Origin: Candidatus Zixiibacteriota bacterium
GTDB lineage: Bacteria; Zixibacteria; MSB-5A5; GN15; FEB-12
Length of the DNA stretch: 64,000 nt
Assembly (NCBI GenBank): GCA_029860345.1
Contig: JAOUBJ010000001.1
Span: 195,089-259,088, forward strand
Reading direction: 5' to 3'
The translations under genes and the position numbers were made by a program. Positions 57,601 through 64,000 of this stretch are shown here, piece by piece (within the stretch, counting starts at the first letter, position 1; each line of letters opens with the position of its first letter). The notes below the pieces were generated by a model. That model was not told the origin of the DNA. It made no database searches and was given only the letters and a program-made list of their open reading frames with translations.

Positions 57601-59646
57601 GACGGTGAGGCGCCACTGTTGTTCGCAATCGGTCACCACGGCTTTATCAGCACATTGAACTCTGCCACGGGTGAGGAAATCTACCGTCGTCGTATTACCT
57701 ATGGTGGATTCCCCAACTCAATAGCTCTGAGCGCAGCGATAGGACCCGGCGTCGTGGCTATTAGTGACCTTTACGGTACACTTTCTGTTCTGGCCAAAGG
57801 TGAAGATCGTCCGCGCCTGGAAATTCAGTCGTACCAGCCTTCTCCATCGGTGGAGTTTGGTCCGGCCACTTCATTGCACGTGCCGATCCCGAACCGGTTG
57901 GTCAACACCGGTTGTGCCGACCTGACCTTCGGTCAGCTTGAGACCAACACCTCTGCGAACCATCCGTGGATACCGCCGGACTTCGCTCCGGCCAACGTGC
58001 GTCCCGATGTAATGGATCGCGCAGCCGGTATCACTGATCGTTTGACCGAAGGCTTCGAGACCAAAGCTATCCCGGCGCGACCGGAAGCTGAGGTCGATGA
58101 CTATTTCGTCATTCGTGACCGTGGTGAACAGTCGTTGAACCTGGGTGCCGATGCAGGAGTTCCGTTCCTGCAGTATGCGACTCACACCGAAGCGGTCGTT
58201 TGGCCACACGCCGGTGACATTCTTGCCGCCGGTGACACGGCTGACCTCGTTATCGATGTCAACCAGTCGCTGATCGTTCGCGGACCACAGGATTTCTATA
58301 TGGTGATCCCCAGCGACGATCCTGATTTCTATCTGCACGACGTCTGTGGCAACACGCTCTACGGTCCGCCCGAAATCCACGTAACTATCGTCGGTGGCTG
58401 TCTTGTTGATACCACCACCATGCAGTTCGGCATGGGTGGCGGTAACACTCAACTCGTGACCAACAATGGCCGTATCGGTACCGGCGACTGGGACCCGCAC
58501 GCAATGGATATAGACGGCGACGACGCCTCGATCTACCAGGGTTCGTTCATCTATGCCACCGGCCTATATGAGGTGGCCCTAAGCACCCAGGATTGGTATT
58601 CCGGCGGCGGCGAGGACGAGGCGTATCGGTCGATGCAGCCGGACCCGAACTGGTGTGACGACCAGTGCAAGGCGCACATCGATGAGGGTGTCGTCCTGAG
58701 TTGTCTCGGTGGCTACTCCTCAGACGGTATAACTTACACCCCAATCATGGGTAACCGAGTTTGTGTAACCTATCTTGACTCCGTTCAGGACTTCGGAACT
58801 TCTTGGGATTGGTCAAACTACGATGCACCGTTCAGTAATGATCTGACCATGGGTCTCATGGTGAACTCACGCACGGTGGGTGCTTATGACTTTGAGCCGC
58901 TGAAGGACCTCACCGTTGACATCATGGAATTCACCGAGCGCAACGGCGACTCGGTCACAGGCTGGGCTTTCGGCACCACCATGGACTACGACGTCGGAAG
59001 TGATGATATCGCTTCACGTTCTGCGGAAGGATCGGCGGCCTGGGTCTCCAACGGTGGAGTGGGCGATGTCCAATGGGGTATGATCAAGTTCCCGTTCGGA
59101 TGCGGAAGTAACGAGGCGGCAGGCGGCAACAATACAAACGTAGACTACGTCCCGATGATCAATACGGTGTCCGGACACGGCGACGGCATGTGGTTTAACG
59201 TTCCCACCCTCTATCTCGATTCCGCCTGGGACTACCTCAACCGGCCGGCCGGTGAGTATTCTCAAGCGCCGTTCACCAGCGATAGGGAAGCTCACTTCAC
59301 CATTGCCAAACACGATTTTGCCGGTGGCGATACTTATGAGATGGCTGTGGCTCAGTTCGGTCTGCACGGCACTTCGGGCGATGCAACTGAAATCAATGCC
59401 CTGGCCAAGCTGGCCAACAAGTGGCTCGGTTTTGGTCGTGGCGATGTCAACAATGACGGCAATGTTGATCTTGGCGACGTAGTTTGTCTGGCCAGGTACG
59501 TGACTGGTAACGGCCCCGGACCGATTCCGTTCATGCACCTGGGTGATGTCGATTGTGACGGTGACGTTGATATGGACGATGTGGTGTATCTTGCCGAATT
59601 CCTGTATGACAATGGACCTTGCCCGTGTGGTGACTGGTGCTTCTAG
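54673..59646 (+). CDS. Giant secreted protein: three N-terminal ~180-aa beta-sandwich-like repeats, a PQQ/BamB-like beta-propeller, and a C-terminal dockerin-like module
   Basis: 1657 aa. Signal peptide MSHRFSLTLLTLLILLTLTGWTWA. Repeated W.W..PDAWGD/PHDAYG/PDAYGD modules. Propeller repeats (SAWDFATGAMIWS, VAVDAATGALYSGW, YAIDAATGAINWQL, YAINTSDGSVAYA). C-terminus GDVNNDGNVDLGDVVCLARYV...GDVDCDGDVDMDDVVYLAEFLY. Confidence 0.75.
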   Translation: MSHRFSLTLLTLLILLTLTGWTWAGNTSKDGLNPIPISNPNAQLYNDIEDARPAPATFKKPMTEGPFEVQMSGVASSPPSAYFCEDLGYYDDTVTSVWVWSIPDAWGDDLMNMRFTVEEGIECTLKVGWVLMYGGFATGTPDMRVYLWDDDGFGFPGNKLDSTDVPNAAMGGSFWWAEANWSAADWVFTNGEEYHIGWTTLGGDGDTLWCVSDKGTGPHSYTGEQRASENWNGFWGTMYDDWGEDVCFLMTSERCCYELPFTDCYSQSWDEGTAYWWKAPHDAYGIIDYAQRFTVTGVETLQSVDIDVYDFTGSSSQNAGIVGNDDLIISVWDDNAGYPGSVIAQETVPAGTYVYHPAYTNVDFSSHNLVLGSGDFYVSFNSTGDLGAGDFEGTLSDDETDGHGRSYCIYGGDWWTIGDLFGIDVDMKYTANLCDDPFFECELAFYDTGPVYYWTLPDAYGDVANAQLIKSVGKACEVREVSWALHDFNPGVAYAHNSVVSVHEDVGGLPGPALASVTLTPADYVMYPGYTSVDFAPLAVSVQGLYWISIESLSPTEAEGIATLTDFGGGGWNYGAAELWNGFWGLLCLDWNGVPCDIAFVAKSYHCCQPHCCCPCQGDPGWATHQHDQQRTGASFNSFGDAQCDLTTQWCYTHPTNQIFYTGPAISGDKVVCAWDNEVKVFNLTTGFEAYTLSGFPLGNQIRCTPHIQDSVMYLTGGDQQSVSAWDFATGAMIWSRDITSVGVGGLFGQTRYGSFIILEQGSGDVLYFGTDDGAIVAVDAATGALYSGWTVNPVYIAPGAPLKSGSTDGLQLFYNTYPGGVEGDVYAIDAATGAINWQLSTSGGLQAAAVYPEGPQGGEGFAAPNAVSLENGLLFVNSSIAAPYHPGDGVFYAINTSDGSVAYAVPSHRPNTAGTAAGPVIDRARVYQAGQSWWATPPSGGLILAFNKTTGSYVWATSSPEYNTYRGDMALTCGKDGEAPLLFAIGHHGFISTLNSATGEEIYRRRITYGGFPNSIALSAAIGPGVVAISDLYGTLSVLAKGEDRPRLEIQSYQPSPSVEFGPATSLHVPIPNRLVNTGCADLTFGQLETNTSANHPWIPPDFAPANVRPDVMDRAAGITDRLTEGFETKAIPARPEAEVDDYFVIRDRGEQSLNLGADAGVPFLQYATHTEAVVWPHAGDILAAGDTADLVIDVNQSLIVRGPQDFYMVIPSDDPDFYLHDVCGNTLYGPPEIHVTIVGGCLVDTTTMQFGMGGGNTQLVTNNGRIGTGDWDPHAMDIDGDDASIYQGSFIYATGLYEVALSTQDWYSGGGEDEAYRSMQPDPNWCDDQCKAHIDEGVVLSCLGGYSSDGITYTPIMGNRVCVTYLDSVQDFGTSWDWSNYDAPFSNDLTMGLMVNSRTVGAYDFEPLKDLTVDIMEFTERNGDSVTGWAFGTTMDYDVGSDDIASRSAEGSAAWVSNGGVGDVQWGMIKFPFGCGSNEAAGGNNTNVDYVPMINTVSGHGDGMWFNVPTLYLDSAWDYLNRPAGEYSQAPFTSDREAHFTIAKHDFAGGDTYEMAVAQFGLHGTSGDATEINALAKLANKWLGFGRGDVNNDGNVDLGDVVCLARYVTGNGPGPIPFMHLGDVDCDGDVDMDDVVYLAEFLYDNGPCPCGDWCF

Positions 59647-60070
59647 GCCACAAGTGGCCCTTCTGGCGCTTCGCGCGGTCATAAATGACTCTTTCGCGCT
59701 ACGCGCGCCGTTCTGTGCGTGGTGTACGTCCTCATGCGCCACGGTGATAAATCACTTTCTCGCGCTTCGCGTGCCCAGAATCTAACTCAGTGCATCTCTT
59801 CAACCTCACCCTTAGCGGAGTCGAAGGGTGCACGGTCAAGCCGTGTTCTTGTGGCTATGCCACGCGTTGACCCAAAAGCGCGCGAAGCGCAAAAACCAGG
59901 CTTGCCTGTGGTTCGACTCCGCTCACCATGAGGTTGCGCGCGAAGCGCGAGAGACCCATTTATGGGTGTCATTCCCGCACCCCTTTGTCATTCCCGCGAA
60001 GGCGGGAATCTATCCGTATTGCGGTTCGCTCAAAGCTGAAGATGGACCCCCGCCTTCGCGGGGGTGACGA
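59646..60070. repeat. Hairpin-module cluster between the convergent giant genes
   Basis: ggccac-aa-gtggcc at 59646-59659. Three gcgct(t/a)cgcg units at 59659-59776. M4 at 59807-59830 and reverse at 59909-59927. M1 reverse at 59880-59906. M5 at 59987-60010 with a half-copy at 59968-59978. cccccgc-cttc-gcggggg at ~60046-60063. Confidence 0.8.
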
Positions 60071-60127
60071 CCCAGGGACCGTAGGTCGGCCACCCACATG
60101 ATCCCACCGCCCCTTCTTACGCCTCAC

Positions 60128-60183
60128 AAAAAAGACGCCCAGCGGTGGAGGGGAACTCAGGGGAGTGGTCACCACTGGGCGAT
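60128..60183 (-). terminator. Candidate Rho-independent terminator of the 1232-aa gene
   Basis: On the minus strand, cccagtggtg...caccgctggg forms a 10-bp stem with one G-U pair and a ~22-nt loop, followed by cgtcTTTTTT (plus-strand A-run 60128-60133). It lies ~90 nt after the stop at 60270. The loop is unusually large. Confidence 0.4.
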
Positions 60184-60269
60184 ACAGTCGGCTGCACGAT
60201 TGCAGCCGGATGTTGGTCTTACGATATCGTAGAGCCTGTTCCGTTTTTGTTCTATTACCTCACACTATC

Positions 60270-63200
60270 TTACTTCAGCAACACCATTTTGCGGGTGGTC
60301 TCAAACTCCGGTGTGGACAATCGATAGAAGTAAACACCGCTTGACAAGTCTCTGGCATCCCAGGCAACCGTGTATGTCCCAACTTCGTGCCGGCCGTCGG
60401 CCAGTATTGCGACTTTCTGTCCGACAACGTTGTAAACATCGAGCGAGATATTGGCCGCTTTCGGTAAGCTGAACGTGATCGCTGTCACCGGATTAAACGG
60501 GTTAGGATAGTTTTGTCCCAAACTGTAGCCATCAGGTAAAAGTCCGCCGACACTTTCCACCGAAGCCTGCATCGAACCATACTGTTTGTCGGCCACGACG
60601 GCCTCGACCACCCGGACTCTACCGATCAATCTGACTACCGCTGTTTCTCCTGATTCGATGACGTTGTCGCCGTCGAGATCAAGGATTCCCACCCTGACAT
60701 TCTCGCCACGCACACCGTGGACCAGATCGAGCCCGTCATCAACCAGCTTCTGGGGTGCAACCGTTCCATCGGCGCGCAGATGCAATTGCAGTCCGCGAAG
60801 GTCGACCGGTGAATTCAAAATAATATCGGTCGCACCGTTTTCATACACCGCTCTCAAGACGATTTCCGGGTTGGGTTTCGCCACGGCCGCCCCATCGGAG
60901 GTAACACAACCGCAATTCAAGTCGGGGAAGGCTGGTGGATCCAGCGGGTTGAACATCCAGTCGATCAGGAACACCAGATCGGAGATGTCCGGTCCGATAC
61001 AGTCGCCGTTGACATCCAAAGCATCGATCACGCACGGCGGCGGACCATACGAGAACATATAGTCGACCACGCCGACGAGATCGGATATACTGATCACCGG
61101 GTCAGCGTCGAAATTACCCGGTACGTATCCGACGATTTCCACCCGGTCGCGCCAGTAGTCGAAGCCTGGGTGTACGGTCGTGTATGTCGTGTCGGCGAAG
61201 GCGAGTCTCTTGGCGACATCGAGCATCAGGGTGGTGTCCCACCTGATGTAAGCGGCATCGCTACAACCCGGCACAACATTAAAGTGAATGTTGAACACGG
61301 TCGACACACCCGGCGGAATGGTGGCATCGAACGAATTGGCCAGGGCCACAAAAACGTAACCCAAACTGTCATTGACCTCGCTGAAGTTCCAATCCCACTC
61401 GGAGGTCATCAAACCCTCGGTGGACAGCGAACAGATCGATACTCCCTCCGGGATTGAAATCGGAATTGTCGCTCCCTTGATCGGCTGAGTCAATTTGGTT
61501 TGAACCGGCTGTACCGCACAGGCCCAATCGCACGGCGTTACGGTTATACTCGGGACAATCAGAGAATCGACCGGGTCGGTACCCGGGCCGGTAACTCGCA
61601 ACAACACCGGGACCCCTACCGGCGGGAAAGAGACGCCGTCGGTATCGGGCCATATAGTAATCGTATCGTGGTAGTAGCCCGGCGGCAGCGAGTCGGTCTG
61701 CACCGTGACAGGCGACATATAGGGTGTTAAAAATGGTGGTTGATCGTTGAAATCCAGATGCAGCCACGGCGCATGACTCCATATGTGAAAGGGTACGGCT
61801 TCACCGTGCACCTCATAAATGTACAGCCCGGTGGTGATTGCCCCACCCTGCGGCAACACGAACGAGAATTGTTGGGGGTCGGTGGCCACCACGGCACTGC
61901 CGGAATCGGGCAGGATGTGCAGAACCACCGGGACGATCACGTCGTCAAAGCCGTACATGTCATCCAGCGGATAGTAGATCAGCACGCTGTCACCGTAGGT
62001 GCCCGGCGCCAGACCGGCGATGCTGATATGGAAGCCGACATGCGATGGTGTCACACCAAAAGCGGTGCCGGAGTCCAGCGTCAGCCAGGGGCTGTTGTTG
62101 AAAACAGTGGCAGCAAAACTGAGATTGGCGCTATCCAGATCGTACACAAGGAACTCTTCACCGATAACGTGGTTGCCCTGGTTCAGCGTGAACTCAAAGT
62201 GATCCGGCGCCGCCAAGACAGTGAACGGCTGGCCTTCGGTCACGATCAGCGTAAACGGCACATGTGCCACATCGACCGGCGGTTCAACATTCTCAGAGTA
62301 AGCGGTGATGGTGAGAACATCATGGTACACCCCCGGCGCCATGCCCTCGGTGGAGACACCGAACGGAAGGGTCATCGGTGTTGTCGGCACCGTGAACCAG
62401 ACCGGCAGTGTCAGCCAGGGCGCTTCATGGGTAAAACTCAGCGCCAGTGTGGCGCCGTGAAGTTCCTCGATGTGCAAGTAGTCCTCAAAACTGTGCCCCG
62501 ATGGCACCGCGTAATCGAATTGCTGAGGATCGACCACCAACTGAAATCCCAAAGAGTCGACGACCAGCCAAACCGGTATGGCCACCGGCGGGAAAGGTAT
62601 GGAATCATGGGGTGCGTATAGCACGATCGTGTCCACATACTGTCCCGGCCCGAGGTCGTTGGCATAGATGCCGAAGTAGACCGAGTCGGGCGTCCAATAC
62701 ATGTTGTCTGGCTGGGTATCCTCAATGTCCAGCCAGGGACTTCCGTGCATCACTTCGGCTGCGAACGGAATCGACAAACCGTGAGCTTCCCACACGGCTA
62801 TCCCCTGGTGCGGTATCACGTCTCCCGGTTGGGCCGCGAATTCGAAATGGTTGGGATATACTATCAGGTTGGGACCGTCATGGATCGATACGAACACCGG
62901 GACCCGTACCGTGTCGAAGTCGACGTTCGGGTCAACGGGCATTATAACGATAGTGTCCACATAGTTGCCGGGCGGTAGATTGTTGGCACCAACGGCGACG
63001 GTGAGAGTCATAGGTGTTGAGTAGGGCGGCATCGGGAACGGGTCCACCACCAACCAGGGATGCGTGTTCGAAAAATGAAAAGGCACGTTGTGTCCGTTGA
63101 CTTCGAACACATGAAGCGAGTCCGATGTTCCTGTACCACCGGACAGACTGAAATTGAATTCCGAGGGAATCGTGTGAACGACAAATTCGCTGCCACCGCC

Positions 63201-63968
63201 GGTTACGTGCAGCACCACCGGTACATCCAGTGTCTGGAACGGCCCCGTGGAGTCATTCAGGAAAGCGTGAAGGACTATCATGTCCTCGTAGATGCCCGGT
63301 GTCAGACCCTCGGTGTGAACGTACACCGGCAGGCTGAACGGTGTGGCAACCGGCGCGAAGTACACCGGCAGGGTCAACCATTGACTGGAGTTGGACCAGC
63401 CGAAGTAGATAGTATCGCCGTGCGCCTCAAAAACGAACAACGAGTCTTCCATGGTTGCACCGGGCGGCCCCGCGAAAGCCAACTGCGGAGGCGCTACCAT
63501 TAAGAGCGGTTGATTGGGCGTGCAACTCAGGTGAAGCCGGACCACAACTTGCTCGGGCGGGATATTCGGATCACCGGCAGTGACGGTAACAATCGATTCC
63601 AGTAGCAGGGTGTCGCCGGGCGGCAGGGAGTCCGGCAGGTCGCCCAAGTGCTCTTTAACTATCCAAACCAGTACCGAGTCTGAGTCATAACCGGACGGCG
63701 GTATAACCCCCAGCCAAGCCGCATCCGGATCAACCTCCCAGTATAACCCGGTGTCGCCGCAAACAGCCATGATGTATATGGACTTGTATTCGATACTCTC
63801 TTGCAGAAGCCAGCCGTTGCAAAGATCACCGTAGAAATCCAACCCATCCGGCATAACTTCCAGGCATGAATTGTTCTGCCCCCAGGCAGACTGGATACCG
63901 AACATTAAGAGCGCAATACAGACAAACGACCGCAACATCAACTTATAAAGTCCACACGAGTAGCGCAT
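60270..63968 (-). CDS. Giant secreted protein: ~7 tandem ~105-aa Ig-like repeats, a beta-sandwich region, a dockerin-like module, and a T9SS (Por) C-terminal sorting domain
   Basis: 1232 aa with a signal peptide. Repeat signature F.F....G......L.V.E.HG....F......PWL.L......TP....V.V....L.PG.Y.D.I.I. Dockerin-like DISDLVGVVDYMF and DISDLVFLIDWMF. C-terminus GQNYPNPFNPVTAITFSLP...VYNVVGQKVA...SGVYFYRL is the classic T9SS CTD pattern. Confidence 0.8.
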   Translation of the reverse strand: MRYSCGLYKLMLRSFVCIALLMFGIQSAWGQNNSCLEVMPDGLDFYGDLCNGWLLQESIEYKSIYIMAVCGDTGLYWEVDPDAAWLGVIPPSGYDSDSVLVWIVKEHLGDLPDSLPPGDTLLLESIVTVTAGDPNIPPEQVVVRLHLSCTPNQPLLMVAPPQLAFAGPPGATMEDSLFVFEAHGDTIYFGWSNSSQWLTLPVYFAPVATPFSLPVYVHTEGLTPGIYEDMIVLHAFLNDSTGPFQTLDVPVVLHVTGGGSEFVVHTIPSEFNFSLSGGTGTSDSLHVFEVNGHNVPFHFSNTHPWLVVDPFPMPPYSTPMTLTVAVGANNLPPGNYVDTIVIMPVDPNVDFDTVRVPVFVSIHDGPNLIVYPNHFEFAAQPGDVIPHQGIAVWEAHGLSIPFAAEVMHGSPWLDIEDTQPDNMYWTPDSVYFGIYANDLGPGQYVDTIVLYAPHDSIPFPPVAIPVWLVVDSLGFQLVVDPQQFDYAVPSGHSFEDYLHIEELHGATLALSFTHEAPWLTLPVWFTVPTTPMTLPFGVSTEGMAPGVYHDVLTITAYSENVEPPVDVAHVPFTLIVTEGQPFTVLAAPDHFEFTLNQGNHVIGEEFLVYDLDSANLSFAATVFNNSPWLTLDSGTAFGVTPSHVGFHISIAGLAPGTYGDSVLIYYPLDDMYGFDDVIVPVVLHILPDSGSAVVATDPQQFSFVLPQGGAITTGLYIYEVHGEAVPFHIWSHAPWLHLDFNDQPPFLTPYMSPVTVQTDSLPPGYYHDTITIWPDTDGVSFPPVGVPVLLRVTGPGTDPVDSLIVPSITVTPCDWACAVQPVQTKLTQPIKGATIPISIPEGVSICSLSTEGLMTSEWDWNFSEVNDSLGYVFVALANSFDATIPPGVSTVFNIHFNVVPGCSDAAYIRWDTTLMLDVAKRLAFADTTYTTVHPGFDYWRDRVEIVGYVPGNFDADPVISISDLVGVVDYMFSYGPPPCVIDALDVNGDCIGPDISDLVFLIDWMFNPLDPPAFPDLNCGCVTSDGAAVAKPNPEIVLRAVYENGATDIILNSPVDLRGLQLHLRADGTVAPQKLVDDGLDLVHGVRGENVRVGILDLDGDNVIESGETAVVRLIGRVRVVEAVVADKQYGSMQASVESVGGLLPDGYSLGQNYPNPFNPVTAITFSLPKAANISLDVYNVVGQKVAILADGRHEVGTYTVAWDARDLSSGVYFYRLSTPEFETTRKMVLLK

Positions 63969-64000
63969 TACAGCTTCCTCCGCTAAGATGTTGGTTTTCG

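Noticed and set aside
30946-60070. The dispersed repeats as a CRISPR array
   Set aside because: There is no constant repeat alternating with unique spacers of regular length. The modules are heterogeneous, occur in both orientations and are scattered over many loci. No cas genes are present.
1-64000. tRNA, rRNA, tmRNA, riboswitch (for example cobalamin upstream of the corrinoid operon), transposase or integrase genes
   Set aside because: I could not recognise cloverleaf-compatible segments, rRNA-like conserved blocks or a B12-box in the intergenic regions. No ORF shows DDE, tyrosine- or serine-recombinase motifs. Absence by eye is not proof, and tRNAscan-SE or Infernal should be run.

Overview
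64 kb of moderately GC-rich bacterial DNA, roughly 55-60% GC by hand counts on sampled lines. It looks like a contig from an uncultivated organism. Gene content suggests an FCB-superphylum-like lineage: a T9SS C-terminal sorting domain, dockerin-like modules on giant secreted proteins, and many FG-GAP/ASPIC-UnbV and TPR proteins. Genes use GGAG-type Shine-Dalgarno sites, and TGA is a normal stop. All family names come from motif recognition by eye. No database search was run. Layout: (1) 1-5.5 kb, minus strand: a type I PKS (KS-AT-ACP-KR) truncated by the window edge and absent from the ORF track, preceded by a DUF1702/UnbL-like gene. (2) 5.9-22.8 kb: a membrane multihaem cytochrome c, four FG-GAP/TPR proteins (three with ASPIC-UnbV domains), a C-N hydrolase, an MMPL/RND exporter and two TPR proteins. 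(3) 22.9-27.1 kb: S9 peptidase and OPT transporter. (4) 27.2-30.9 kb: a tight operon of non-Pyl MttB-family methyltransferase, MetH-activation-like domain, corrinoid protein and homocysteine S-methyltransferase domain. (5) 30.9-34.9 kb: a lower-GC islet bounded by 49-bp direct repeats, carrying an orphan with an Rx4H (HEPN-like) motif and a CPA2 antiporter. (6) 35.2-41.7 kb: diaminopropionate ammonia-lyase, a secreted beta-propeller protein, and an ECF sigma/anti-sigma pair. (7) 41.9-46.0 kb: an operon of an unrecognised 422-aa protein, cupin, homoserine-dehydrogenase-like protein and aldehyde dehydrogenase. (8) 46.5-51.1 kb: a secreted repeat protein and SucCD-like ligase. (9) 51.1-54.3 kb: an envelope metal/thiol module that ends in a DUF3179 gene. 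That gene is interrupted by a single in-frame TGA at the first Cys of its conserved CPLC motif, followed by a SECIS-like hairpin, which makes it a selenoprotein candidate. (10) 54.7-64.0 kb: two convergent giant secreted proteins. Most longer intergenic regions are filled with mosaics of short hairpin modules. Some modules keep a conserved loop while their stems co-vary. No rRNA, tRNA, CRISPR array, transposase or integrase was recognised.
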